Under the pieces are notes generated by a model. The model was not told the DNA's origin and made no database searches. It saw only the letters and a list, made by a program, of their open reading frames with translations. Position numbers and translations under genes: made by a program. From the human T2T-CHM13v2.0 reference genome, Homo sapiens: DNA of 64,000 bases. The first letter of the stretch is position 1; the number at the start of each line of letters is the position of its first letter. Shown here piece after piece: positions 13,925 to 27,477 of the stretch. The stretch lies in the NCBI RefSeq assembly GCF_009914755.1, contig NC_060944.1. One strand, given 5' to 3'.

Positions 13925-14860
13925 ATAACCCAATCTTTATTTGTTTATTGAGCAACTACTTTGTGCCAGGCATTGGGGCAAAGCACCAAGCAAGACGGAC
14001 AAGAACTCTAAACTCTAACTTTTTTCTTTTTCTTTTTTTCATTTTTTTTTTTTTTTTTTTTGAGTCACAGTCTCGCTCTGTCACCTCGGCTGGAGTCCAG
14101 CAGTGTTATCTCAGCTCACTCTTATCTCAACCTCCTGGGCTCAAGTGATCCTCCTACCTCAGCCTCCCAAGTAGCTGGGACTACAAGGCATGCACCACCA
14201 TGTCCAGCTAATTTTTCTATTTTTTTTTTTTTTTTGTAAAGACAGGGTCTCACTATGTTGCCCAGGCTGGTCTCAAACTCCCGGGCTCAATCAATCCTCC
14301 TGCCTCAGCCCCCCAATGTGCCAGAATTACAGGTGTGAGCCACCACACCTGGACAATCCCTACCCTTTTGAGTTTATAATCTCCTGGGAGAAGAAGGACA
14401 CGCATAAGAATACAAACAATGATTCCAAACAGCAATTACAGATGACAAAGGTGAAAAGGCATGAAAGGAGGCAGGGGAACCGAATTTAGATTCCATAGCT
14501 AAGAAATGTCTACTGAGCCAAAACTTGGAAACTCACAAGGACTAAGTCATGCAGAGTTCAGGAATGGGCATTCCAAAGAGATGGAAGAGTGAATGCAAAG
14601 GCCAAGAAATGGGCTAACACAGGGGAGGAATAAGAGGTGAGTAGGGGTAGAATCATGCAGCATCTCGCAGGCCACACTAAGATTTTATTGCAAGTGCAAA
14701 AGGAAGCCAGATGCAGCAGAGAGCCATGAGGGTAACATGTTCTGTCTTATGAATTAAGACAATCACTGTAGTTGGCAACGAAGGCGGCCAGCAGTGGTGG
14801 GAACTCAGAGAGAGGCACTCAGGGACCCAGACTAATGCAGCTGTTACATCAGTCCCATCC
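13925..14860 (-). mobile_element. L2 fragment interrupted by AluJ
   Basis: TTTATTGAGCAACTACTTTGTGCCAGGCA... L2 3' end, continuing after the Alu. Confidence 0.65.
14021..14354 (-). mobile_element. AluJ
   Basis: Poly-T then antisense dimer with J-type CTCCTGGGCTCAAGTGATCCTCC and GACAGGGTCTCACTATGTTGCCCAGG. Confidence 0.95.
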
Positions 14861-14881
14861 AAGGCCTAAAAAGGCTACTGA

Positions 14882-15149
14882 GGCCAGGCGCGGTGGCTCG
14901 CACCTGTAATCCCAGCACTTTGGGAGACTGAGGCAGGCGGATCATGAGGTCAGATCGAGACCATCCTGGCTAACACCGTGAAACCCTGTCTCTACTAAAA
15001 ATAGAAAAAATTAGCTGGGTGTGGTGGAGCACGCCTTAGTCCCAGCTACTAGGGGAGGCTGAGGCAGGAGAATGGCGTGAACCCGGGAGGCGGAGCTTGC
15101 AGTGAGCCTGGGTAACAGAGCGAGTCTCTGTCTCAAAAAAAAAAAAAAA
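14882..15149 (+). mobile_element. AluY with 25-bp right-arm deletion
   Basis: Y diagnostics GATCGAGACCATCCTGGCTAACA and AATGGCGTGAACCCGGGAGGCGGAGCTTGCAG; GCAGTGAGCC joined directly to TGGGTAACAG. Confidence 0.9.
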
Positions 15150-17915
15150 TGGTTACTGAAAGCTTCCCCGTGGGCTAAGATGGCTTGGACAGCGGGACTG
15201 AGGTCGGGCTGTGGTGGGGGCATGCAGTTCTCCAGTGGCTTCGCCTCATCTCACCAGGAATCTCCCTGGACCCAAGGAACCAGCCATCCCAACACCAGCA
15301 TCCTGCACAGTTCCGAGACTGGCCCTAGAGACACCCTGGGTTTCAATGAACACTTGTTCAACTAAAATGAACTCAGTAGGCAATCCCTCGAGAGATACAA
15401 GCTCTGCTATTGATGAAGGCTCACAGTGAGACAAGGATAATGGGTTCAAATCTTGTTAGCAAAGTCAGAGAACTGAGAAATTTCTGAGCTCCAAAGAATA
15501 ATTTCCCTTCTGCTTTCAATATTTTTGCAGGGTGAGAATCTTTCATAGGGCGGCCAGGAATAATTCTTCGGCAATTATTCAGCATGTCTTGGACTGGTTT
15601 TGCTTATTTTCATCAAGTTAAAGATCATTCACGCCAGTTTCTTTTCAATACCGCCCTCCCTTCCCCTCCCTCCTCCCTCTTCCCCTCAGATCTATGCCTC
15701 ATAATCTGTTTTCCCCGATTCGCCCTCTGCCTTTCTCCCCCATCCTCCTCCATGCCTGATGCTTCTCATGTTTCATCTTTCCTGAGAACCCACAGTGCTG
15801 CGCTTGAGCTCAGCAACTCCCAACTTTTTTATTTGACGTCCCAGTGTGTCTCCAGTCATCTCCAGGGGAGTTTTGAAATTCATTTTCATTCACTTTAATT
15901 TAAAAAAGAAATATAGGCCATTTAGTTCTTTTAAGAGGGGGAAATGGGGTGTCACTCAACCAGCAGGGAGGTGAATCCTGACTTCAGCTATTAGCTTATT
16001 GGGCAAAGTGGCTCTCTTCCAAGTGTTCTTGGTTCTTGGGTCGCTTAAGCAAGTAAAGTGTTTTGCTAATGTCTGAGAGACATTCACTCTTGGCGGGCAG
16101 GAAAATAAAGTTCAGGGAGAAAAGAGACATGAGAAAATTAATGTTTTCTATTAACTCCATTTCCAATAAAGTAGGAATTCAACAAAATAACTCATATCAC
16201 TCATCCATTTAGTCATTATATTCAACAACTTATTTAGTATTTAACATTTTCCAGGACCTAGTCATGCTAATCATACTAATGATGATGATGATGATGACAC
16301 CGATGACAATGATGATAACAGCAGCTAACATTTTATTCAGCTTACTCACTCTGTGCCAGGTAGAGCTCTGCAATAATTACCTCAATTAATCCCCACAGAA
16401 CTCCATAAAATAGGGGTTCTTTTGTCCCTACTGCAGAACAGAGGCTGAGAAAAGTTAAACAAATTACCCAAAGTCACACCAATGTAAGTGGAATTTGAAC
16501 TCAGGACTCTCTCATCACCACCATGACACACTGCAGCCTTGTCTCAGGGTTACAAAGGCAAATGAGGTACAGCCGTGCCTCAAGGATCTCACCTTAGCAG
16601 TGGGCAAAACAGGCAGGTAATCAACTGCATGGATCATTTGGAAAAGCCATAGAAAAGAACATGGGAGTACAAAGGTGGGGTCTCTGCTCAGCCTGGAAGC
16701 AGAGAATGCATAAAGATCCACTTCCAGAAGGAGGTAAAGAACTCCTGGGAGTTGGCTGGGCAGAGGGGGTGGGGTCCAGGAGAAAAGGGCTTCCAGAGAG
16801 ATGAAAAAGAGAGGAAGGGGTCGCTCAGGAGGATGGACCATGCCTGAGAAATGCAGATATATGGAAGAGGCTGGTGCCAGGGGTTGGTGGATAGACAGTC
16901 CACGAGCCCTGGCTGGGGAGACTGTCAGGGGTCCAGTGGTTATTAAGTCCCTTTCTGGCAGGCTAACTATGGGTCCTAGGGAGCCAGGGAAGGGGGTGCA
17001 CAACAGGGTGGCACAACCAGTCATGGAATCTTAGACATGGCCCCATGGCAACCCGGATTTGGCAATATAGAGAGAGGTTCAGGGGGCCCACCTAGAAAGA
17101 TGTTTGATAGACATCTAAGCAAGCATGAGCAGATGTGGGCTTGGCCCCAGGCAGTGGGCCAAGGGGGTGGGAAACAGCAGATATTTGAGAGAGGCTAAGG
17201 GGAGAGAAATGATCGCTGTTGGTGGCCCTCATAGAGAAGTCTAAGAATATTGGCCATTATTTTTCTAAATTCTCCTGGGGAAAAAATGTTTCTGCTTTTA
17301 TTTTTCTGGCGATAGTGAATTTCTAATGTATTTTTGCCATCTGCTCCACAACAGAGAGGCAAATAGGATTAACAAAGTTTATGACATGGAGAGAAGCCCT
17401 GTCCTGTCCTTGGGCCTGTCGGGGGAGAGAGGTGGCTGACCAACAGCAGTCTTCCTGCAAGTGACCCTCACGAAGACACCTGCTCGCCTCTGCCCAGCCA
17501 CCCTCCATCACAGGTAACACATCTGCCCTGCTCTTCCCCACAACACCCTTGGCCTGACTCCCAAGAGCAGCAGGGGTGTCAGATGAAGCGGTCAACACAG
17601 ATAACCTGACGGCTAAACAAGAGAACGAAATGAATATTCAGCAGCTGGTTCTGCTTCAGAGGCTGTTACCCTGTTCTCCATCTCTCCTTCAATCCCAGGA
17701 ACAGAAGAAAAGAACACCAATCACCTCTCAGCCCCACCATTCTAGATCCAGGTCCATGGTGGTAGAGCAGATTGTGGAGATTAACATTCAAATTCAAACA
17801 GTCGCAGCATTCTGTCAGTGCTTTTAATAAGAAAAAGTGTATATCCTTTGGATAAAGCAGACCCAATTTATATATCTAATGTATGATCTCTTGAATTCAT
17901 AAAAGGCCATGTAAA

Positions 17916-17950
17916 ACATACATACATACATACATACATGCATACATACG
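17916..17950. repeat. (TACA)n microsatellite
   Basis: ACATACATACATACATACATACATGCATACATAC. Confidence 0.9.
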
Positions 17951-19300
17951 TAGACACACTTACTTTGAAAGCTCAAAACACAAAGCCATCTCTCTACTTC
18001 AACATCTGAAAAATACTATCTTGCCAATGTATTTCCCAAGAAGAAGACAGTAAAAAGGAGTATAAACAAGAGGAAAAAAAGTATAAAACCTGATTATCAT
18101 CTTCAATCCAAACATCTCAGACACAGGTAGACCCAAGGCTTTGGAGAATCCATTCCTTGCATACAACTCAATTCCTGCTGAGCCTATGTGACCAGACAGA
18201 CAAGTGCAGACTGGCTTTGTGTTTAAACCCTAAATGATACCATTAACATGAGGCTTTCAGTTCTCCTGCCCAAGTATTTCCCGGGGAAATCACTCTGACA
18301 AATAAGCTTTCCTGGGGGCAACTGGCATCCTCTTTCAGCTCTAAATATGCTTTAGTTAACAGCATGAGGCCTATTCATCCCTGCCCTGCTCATATATCCT
18401 AAATGAGATAGGAGCTAGAAGACCTAGGCTCAAGGACCTGCTGTGTCACAATTTGACTATAGAAATTAGACTAATTATGGGATCTCCCTGAGCCAGTGGC
18501 TATCAGTAAGAACAATTGCTAATATTTCCTGAGCTGCTGGGGTACTATCAACTTTATGTTAAGCATTTTACATGGATTATTTCAGCCAATCCTTCCAGTG
18601 TTTTATGGTGCCCATTTCAAAGGGAAGGAAGTGGAGGCTGTCAGTGGGAGTGCTGGGTGGCTGACCACAAGCATCCTCAACATGGTCTCTGAGCTCCAGG
18701 GCACCACACAGGTTACCAAGGAAGGGAACATGCAGCTTGTAGCAAGGCTGGTTCATTCAGCACTCACTATGGTGCAGGCACTGCATTGACCCTGTTGGAA
18801 AACAGGGAGAGACAAGAGCATGGGCACTGCCTGGAAGGAGGGCTGTGGCATTGGGACACACGACTGGTGGTGATGGTATTGGGCTAGTTCACTTGGTTTA
18901 GGCAGAATTTCAGCTGGACAAGAAGACGGGAAGGGAGCTCCAGGGAGAGGGCACTGCAAGGACAAAGGTCTGGCCAGCTTAGCTACTAAAGGCCCGGATT
19001 GGTGCTGAGCAAGGCCACGGCCACCCAGGCAGGGCGTTCACAGGCCATCTACCACCAGCTCTCCCTCATACGGCGTCTCTGCTCATTGACAGACCCAGCC
19101 CTGGGCCAGTGGCTTTCTGCTCATACCACAAGGTCCAAATCCGTTACAGGAAACCAGTAATGGCCTAACCTTTGACACTGGGTAAACATAAGCTCTGATC
19201 CTGGGTCTACCTCTTCACAGATGAATAATTTTGGGCAGGCCACTTCACTTCTCTGAGCCTCATCTGAAACATGGGAATCATGTGACTATTATAACCCAAA

Positions 19301-19875
19301 TGTTGGTGTGCATAGCAAACTTTCCATTCACCCCTTTCCTGATAACAGAACCTCCCTCTCTGGTGGGAAACTCATCCCATGGGATACAGATGGGCCTGAT
19401 CTCTGTCCTCCATTCCCACTGGAAGGAGCACAGGCCTCAAGCTTGACCAATCAAAGCATATCCCATCTCCTGGGTGCACTGATAGGTTCTAAGATGAGAA
19501 AGTGACCCAACCTCCCTCAATCTGAATCCTCCCAAGGCAGTTTTTTGAAGCTATCAGAAGAAAGTGGCTCTATTCTCTGGAATGACAAATTGTACAAGTG
19601 ACACAAATCTAGAGCATCTGAATATATAGAACATTCTAGAGAATGAGCTCAATAGAGAGAAAGCAAAGTATAATAGAACCAAGATATGGAGAGGTGGAGA
19701 GAGGCTGAAAGCATGTTTGCATGTTCTAGCGAAAGTCTTTGAGTTCTTCGATCCAGCTATACCTGAAATCTGGACCACTCCTTAGACTTCCTACATATAT
19801 GTGCCAATAATATTGCCCTTCTTTTGCTAACTCCAGTTTGAATTGGGTCTCTTGCCACAAAGGTCCTGTCTAAAG
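19301..19875 (+). mobile_element. Old MaLR LTR (MLT1K/L-like)
   Basis: GATCCAGCTATACCTGAA...GCCAATAATATTGCCCT...CCAGTTTGAATTGGGT...GTCCTGTCTAAAGC. Confidence 0.6.
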
Positions 19876-20207
19876 CCTGGTAAGTAAGTTAGCTACAAAG
19901 ATTAAATAAGTCCCAGTTAAGTAAAACTGAATTGAATGCATTCTGTGCATTTCAATCAATGCTCTTTCCCTTCCCTTAGTTCTAGGTCTCTTGTCCTAGG
20001 CAGATGTGAATCTGTAATAACTACAGAATATTTGTAGAAACTTACTGCCATAAAATGTTCTTAAACAAATCTAAATCATTCAGTTATAAGAGTAAGACAC
20101 AAACATTTGGCCAAATCATCTATTTAAAACTCTGCTCCAATCCACCCATTTCAGGAAGCTGCCCCAGATTTTGGTCACTTATGGTCCTTCCAGCCACACT
20201 CTGTAAC

Positions 20208-20243
<36 letters not shown>

Positions 20244-21204
20244 ACATTATTCTATATTATTTTATAAATCAAATTCCTGTGTTTCAAATGCAACTTATTG
20301 AACCGCAGCTGTATCTCTCTAGGAAAAAAATCTCATCAAAGACAATATTTTACTCAAAAATTCAGCAAGCTTTAAACAACTAAACCGTTAAAGGAAAAAA
20401 CTATATAGCGAGGTAGATAAGTAAAATCCTATTTCACTAATAACTTTTTTCACCAAATTGAAACTATATGCCTCCAAGGGAACCAAAATGAAAACAATTA
20501 TCAAAAAAAATTACTTGAAAATGTAGCAAATTTTAAAAAGCTAAACTTTTAAAGGTAATTTTGATTTTATATTTTAAAGAATAAATGTGAATGAATGAAA
20601 AATTCCTGGAACTACTTTTGATACTTGAACTAATGGTCTCACGGAAACAAAATAATAAAAGATGAGTTGGACACAGCACATGTAATAGAAGAATCCTGGG
20701 CTCTCGTCATGGGATTCCCAATGTCCCTGAAGACAGCCCAGGCTTTGGCAGCCCAGCTTCCCATACTGGCATGAGGTAAAAGCGATTGCCTTTATAGTGG
20801 TAGACTTGGCAGGAAACACAGCAACACAACAGGGGTAATGATTCAAAATTCAGCATAAATGAACAAAGAAACATGTTTACTGAACCCACCTGGCTATTGT
20901 GTAAAACAAAATATCACGTGCTATCTATAATAAGCCAGTTCTCTGGACTACAAAAGCAGTTCACTTACTCAACAGATGTTTATTGGCTATTTGGTGTGTG
21001 CCATGTACCATGCAAGGGTTGGGAACACAGCAAAAAGCTAGGTGTGGCCCCTGCCCTCAGGGAGCTTTCAATCTTGTTTGTGCAACAAAAAGTGTGCAAA
21101 TAATTGCACAATTCTGAACTTCAATGGGTGTGTTTACATTTGAATCTACAAGTTTATTAATGCTTTGTGAAAAACTTCATATAGGATGAGGTCATTCTAT
21201 TTCC

Positions 21205-21760
21205 CTTTTAAAAAAATAGGTTTATTAAGATATAATTCAGATACCATATGATTCACCAGCTTAAAATGTAGAACTCAGTAGTTTCTGGTGTAATCACAGA
21301 TCTATGCAACCATTGCCACAGCCAATTATAGAGCATTTTCATCACCACAAAAAGAAACCATATCCTTTACTAAGCATCCTTCAATCTCCCCAAATGCTCC
21401 CAGCTTTAAGTAATCACTAACACACTTTCTATCTCCACAGATTTGTCTCTTCTGGCATTTCTTTGCTAAGTTCAACATAGAATTACCAGATAACCTGGCA
21501 GTTACATTCTTAGGTATAGACCCCAAAGATGTGAAAATGTAAAGATGTTCAAACAAAACACTGTACCTGAAACGTTCATAGCAGCACTGTTCACAATAGG
21601 CAAAGGTGGATATGGCATATCCATATGATGGAATATGCCTCAGACATAAAAAAAAAAGGAGTGAAGTACTAACACAGGCTACAACACGGGTGAGCCTTGA
21701 AAATATGCTAATTGAAAGAAACTAGCCCCAAAACACGTATGACTTAATTCCATTTATATG
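21205..21760 (-). mobile_element. L1MB 3' end with inverted 5' segment (twin-priming structure)
   Basis: 21205-21461 is the antisense 3' UTR; about 21466-21760 is the sense upstream segment ending ...TTCCATTTATATG, contiguous in consensus with the AAATG(T)CCAGAA start of the other piece. Confidence 0.75.
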
Positions 21761-22861
21761 TATTCCCTTGGCCTGAAAGTTCTCTTCTTGTGTTCCTTCT
21801 CTCTCTTCCCCATCACTCACCCATCCTCTGTGATCTCACATCCACCCCCTCCACTCTGTCCCCAGATCCACTGTTCTGGATGCCAGCATCGGTGCTCATA
21901 TCTGGATCATGGCGGCTGACTCCTCTTTGGTCCCTTGCCCCTGGGCTTTCCCCTCCAACCTACCCCATGCACCAGCTACCAGGGTGGTTTCTCTAAACAC
22001 AAATCTGGCAGAGCTGATTACAACCCATGAGTGGCAGCTCCATCCACCATCATCCACTGAATTAAAGCAATCCCCATCACACACAAACTCCCAGGTACCA
22101 GCACCCATCATTCATATAACAGACATGGAGCCATCCAGCATGATGAAGTTCCCTGGATCCTGCACTCTTCACTACCCACTTCTGTTCCTGCCTCTGTTTG
22201 TGCTCCGCCTGGATTCCTGCCTTTGTCTTTCCTACCTAGAAATACTGCTCTGTCTTCCAGACAGTTCACTCCTTCTCCAATACTGAGCTGGCCACCACCC
22301 TGGCGATTGCTCTCCACAGTGTTTGAGGACTGTTTAATTAACTACTGCTAAAAACCAGGAGCTGTATCTGCTCACCGCTATAACCCCATGAACTAGCACC
22401 AAGCCTGCCTTGCACATTTTCCCAATGAAAATGAGGGAGAAAGGAACAGAAGAAATGGAGGAAGAAGTTAACACATATTTCTAAGAAATTAATACATATT
22501 TCTCAATAACTTAGGCACCTATTTATCAACCAACAAATAACTATTGTCTCAGATATTGAAAACATCTTGGCCTCCTTAAGCTTTTTTTCCTCAGACTCGC
22601 CTAGTCTCATAAGGGACAAAATCAAACTCCAGAGTTGAAAACAATAGCAACAATAGAGAAACCACAAGAAGCCTCAGCTCAAGTCCCAAACCAGGGTAAG
22701 AATAGGAAGTCCTGCCTTCCTGGAGTCTTGTTCATTTTAGAAGCTTCACCTCCAATCTACTTGAGAAACAAAATAGGGACTGGTAGAGAAGAGTTAATAG
22801 AAGCATCAAAATGGAGACATTACAAAGGTTTTAGGACCTTGATCTTAAAACCTTGGTTCCC

Positions 22862-23175
22862 AGCCAGGCACAATGGCTCACACCTGTAATCCCAGCACTT
22901 TCGGAGGCTGAGGTGGGCAGATGGCTTGAATCCAGGAGTTCAAGACCAGCCTGGGCAACACGGCGAAACTTCGTCTCTACAAAAAATACAAAAATTAGCC
23001 AGGCATGGTGGCATCTGCATATAGTCCCAGGTACTTGGGAGGCTGAGGTTGGAGGATGGTTTGAGCCCAGAAGGTCAAGGCGGCAGTGGGCCAAGATTGT
23101 ACCACTATACTTCAGTCTGTACAACAGAGTGAAACCCTGTCTCCAAAAAAAGAAGGGGGAAAAAAAAAAAAAAAA
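22862..23175 (+). mobile_element. AluJb-like
   Basis: Full dimer; TSD-like AACCTTGGT(T)CCC on both sides. Confidence 0.95.
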
Positions 23176-24762
23176 CAACCTTGGTCCCTGATCTCTACCT
23201 CCCAAATCTGAGCTTTTAGGCTTTTTCCTTCATTTCTATTTTCTGGAATCCTGAACACACTGATCTTTTCTTTCTGATCTCTTGTTTGGAGAAGCTCTTG
23301 TGGACTCTGTAGTCCCTGACAGCACCTCTTTTCAGGTAAGACACATAAAGGCAAAATCATAGATAATCCATTTGCCTCCAGTGGGGGTGGGGGGAGCAGC
23401 AAAGACAGCAGGAAGGTTTACAGATTTTTCTAAAGACCCATCTAGTTCTAACTCTCTATGATACTTGGTAGAGGACAAAATAGCATGAAATAATAGCAAT
23501 ATGCGTGAGCCCAATCAAAGAATTTATTTTCAAAGATAAAAATGCAAAGGTGTTGTTCATGATGATTGAAAGCAAAAAATAATAAATAGTGACATTTGAG
23601 ATTGGTCTTGATCACTCCTGATTTCTAAAATCTCCCCATCACCCTACCATTACAATTTCCCACTAATTACTACAAGCAATTTTATTAATATACTTTTCAG
23701 CCTCATTAAATATTACCTTGGGCCTAACATTAAAAATGATGAGGCTCAGTAATCTTAATGAGCATCCAAGTTGCACCGACCCCTGAAAACCCAGAAAACA
23801 GAGAACTAAATTCATTGCTGAACTACTCTGGTCCCCAGGCATGCAGGAATCAACTTCAGAAACATGAAAGAAATGATACGTACAACCCAGAATGAAGCCT
23901 GATTGGAAGCACATAAGTTTAGCTTGGCCTCCTTCAGTTCCTGTCAACTAAGGGGGCAGGAAAACGTCGAGGAAACATCTGGGCTTTATCTTCTCCTCCC
24001 CTTTCACCCTGGTTATAAACAGCATCCATCAGCATGCTGTTCACCAATATTAAGTCTTTCCTGGGACTCTGACAGGTAGAGCTTCTAGTGATTGTGGGCT
24101 GGGCCAAGACAAAGCAAACTGGAAATGAGGTATCCACTGCTCTAGCAAACAGAAATCTGTGGCTTTCTCTGAAACGGTAGTGGAAGCACAAAGAATAGAC
24201 AGTTGAGGGAATTAGGAAGATAAATTTTATTTGTTTTCTTCCTAGCATGACCAGAATTGTCTGCATTCCTCAAACAGCAAGCTAGGCAAGACAGTGAGAC
24301 CAGCTTCCTGGTTCTCAAAGTAAATTATTTATCAGGAGCTGAATTTACTGCTTTCCTGACTAAACTGTCAAAACCCTGCCATTTACAATAGCAGTTGTAC
24401 TGTGTGATCCCCAAGATGCTTAGGTTTCCCCTAGCTTCTAGGTTAAAAATGAATGGGTAACAGTAAACCAGGGGATCAGCTGAAGAGACCAGCCCAGACT
24501 TACTGAATCCACCTTTGGCCAAGATCTGAGAGAGTTCTCCATGTGTCCGAAACCAGTAAACTTAGCACAATGTAAAACTATTATATTAGACAGAAATCTT
24601 TGGAATTATCTAATTTAAACCACTAATTACCTAAAAGAAAACTGAAGTCCACAGAGAGGAAATGATTTGTCTTGGATGAACAAGAAGAGTCAAATCCAAA
24701 ACCTGAACTCTTGGGTCCCATTCATTATACTACCATGGATATTGTCAACCTGAAATGGGGGC

Positions 24763-25243
24763 TGTAATGGGAATGGAGGCAGAGACAACCATCCACCAAA
24801 GAATTGTGGTGTCCCTCTTTCATGGCACAGTGCTGGCTCTGGGACGTGGCTACCTACCAGGAACTACATCTTCGCATCCTTCCACCCACTCTCATCCCAC
24901 TACCTTGCAGCTGAGTCCAGCCACAGGAATGCATCCTAGCCAATGAAATGGGTATGAAAGTGCTGTATGATGCCACTTCTGGGCGTAACCCATGCAAACC
25001 TCAAATCCAGAGCTTCTCCTTGCCTTGCCCTATCTAATGGCTGGGTACAGGGAAGTTTAAGATCATAGGAGATAGTGAACCTAGATCTTCAAATCACCTG
25101 AAGGAACAAAGTCTTTTAAGATGAGGCATACACACACGGTCTGTTGCTGAAGCAAGATATAAAATTTTATTGCGTGAATCTATTAAAATTTTTCTGGGGG
25201 GGTGTTATTCATTACAGCACCTGCTATTAACCTAACAAATACC
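24763..25243 (+). mobile_element. MLT1H/I/J-like LTR
   Basis: GCCAATGAAATG...GCCACTTCTGGG...ATTACAGCA...CCTAACAAATAC. Confidence 0.6.
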
Positions 25244-25540
25244 AGGAACAACTTTATAGTGGAAAAGATCTCAGACACATTGAGCCCAAAGCAAAACTGA
25301 AAGCCCATAAAAAGAACCTTGTTATAACAGTGGGAAAACATTAACAAATCAAATAATAAAAATGATAATTTATCAATTTGCCAACTTGCTCAGCAGACTC
25401 AAACGGATTAATTGTTCCAGGTTTCTGAGGGGGAACAAAACCCAAGTAAAGGTTAGTCTTGAAAACAAAGTATTTTTGCAAAGGAAACTTTTCCTCAAGC
25501 GTCCTTATTCCTGCTTCCTTTTATCTTAAAAGTGATGGCA

Positions 25541-26295
25541 AATGAACTATCGATGCATGCAACAACTTTGATGAATCTCCAGGGCATTGTGCTGAGGGAA
25601 AAAAGGCCAATCTCAAGGGCCTTTCTACTGTCTGATTCTACTTATATAACATTCTTGACATGACAAAATTGTAGTGATAGAAAACAGATCAGTAGTTGCC
25701 AGGGGCTTGGGTGGGGAAGAGCGTGTCTCTTAAACAGTAACACAGGAGAGTTTCTTTGTGGTCATGGGTCAGTTCTGCCTCCTGACTGTGGGGATAGTCA
25801 CTTGAATCTACACACATGATGAAAGTTCATGGGGGTTGGGAGGGTGGGGAATGAAGGAAGGAGGAAGGGGGGGAAGGGGAGGGGAGGGGGGAAGGAAGGG
25901 AGGAGGAGGGGGGAAGGGGAGAAGGAGGGGAGGGGAGAAAGGAAGGAAGGGCAGGGAGGTAGGGAAGGAAGGGAAGGAAAGGAGGAAAAGAAGGAAGGAG
26001 GGAAGGAGGGGAGGGGAAGAGAGGGGAGGAAGGAAAAGGAGGGTTGAAAGGAAAGGAAAAAGGAAAAGGGAATGAAAGGGAAGAAAAAAACTAAAAAAGA
26101 AAGTGCATGTGAAAACTAGTGAAGTCCAAATAAGGTAGATCTCTAAGTTAACAATTTCCTGGTTTTGACAATATTACTATGATTATGTAAAATATTACCT
26201 TTAGAGAAAGCTGGGTGAATGGTACAAGGAACTCTGTACTATGTTTGCAACTTCTTGTACATCTGAAAGTATTTCAAAATAAAAACTTAGAATTC
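25541..26295 (+). mobile_element. L1MD-like 3' end with an internal GA-rich expansion
   Basis: L1M 3' UTR motifs; TSD AAAGTGATGGCAAA at about 25529-25542 and 26299-26312. Confidence 0.75.
25830..26090. repeat. GA-rich low-complexity tract (GGAA/GGAG)
   Basis: Nearly pure purine run. Confidence 0.9.
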
Positions 26296-26799
26296 TTTAA
26301 AGTGATGGCAAAGGCCCTGGACCACCAGGTTCTGAGTTGGGAAATATGCCTTGTACTTCCAGATTGGGCAACATGAATATGATAACTGCAGAGAGTTCAG
26401 GGGCTACTCACAGGACCTTTGCCATTAGTCACATGATTATTTGTTTATTCTTTGTCTTCCTTCTAGACTATAAATGCCTGGAGGTCAGGAGCCAAGTCAG
26501 TTTTGTTCCCCCACTCAATGCCTAACCCAGTGCTTAGTACATAGAAAGCACCCAGTATATATGTGTGAGATGAACAAAAAAACAAGAAGGGGAACAGGCA
26601 AGGAAGGAAGTATCACTCACGCTTTACAGAGGCAGTGGTGTGCAGAGGTTTCCATGCCTTGCCCTTGTGCACACAGCTGGAGAGAAGCAGGACAGGTACA
26701 AAAACCATCAGGGCTTCCAGAGTGCCCAGTGACCTTTTCTTAGTGCCATATGCCTCTCAACTTAGATCCCTGGTAGTTGCTTTATCTTACATAATAAAA

Positions 26800-27065
26800 A
26801 AAGTAAGAGGGGAGGAAAAAAAGAGCAGACACAGAGAGAGAAATGAGACAGAGAGACAAAGAGATATGAGGAAAGTAGTGAGAGAGATCGGGTGAAAGAG
26901 GGCAAGAAAGAGGGAGGAAGAGAAAGTGAGTGGGGAGAGAGAACAATGAAGAGAGAGAGGGAAGGAGAGAAGAGAGAAAGAGAGCCAGAGAAAGAAAGAA
27001 GGAGAGAGGAAGAGAGAGAGAGAAAAGAGGATGGAAGGAAAGGAGAGAGGGAAGGCAAGAGAAAA
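26800..27065. repeat. GA-rich low-complexity tract
   Basis: Degenerate (GA)n/(GAAA)n purine run. Confidence 0.85.
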
Positions 27066-27477
27066 TCTGCCCCAACATGGAAAATGACATTGAACAAATG
27101 GATTCCAAATTTTAACACGGCCCCACACCATAGGCCCAGGCCTCTGTAACTGCTCTAATTGCTCAGAAATGGTATTGTAATGTGAACAATATGTCATTAA
27201 GCAATAAACGCTTCATGCAAAATAACAAAGTGGTCATCAGTGAGATGGAAACCAGGAATAACCAAGGGAAATTGTGCTCCACATCTCTCCATGCTCCAAT
27301 TATCAGACTGATCAGTGGCTCCTTTTGTCTGTTCAGAAGGTGCTGCAGTTTTCAGTACAACATAATATAATGTGAAATGCAATACACCAAGACTAAGAAA
27401 ACCTTATTTTTTTTTCAGTCTTACAGAGAGAGCAACAGATTCAAATTTGAATTCAGGCTCTGCTATCTTCTTTGCAG

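Noticed and set aside
17323-17630. Strong minus-strand acceptor (tttcgttctcttgtttag) ahead of a 91-aa ORF
   Set aside because: No good downstream donor and no recognisable protein similarity
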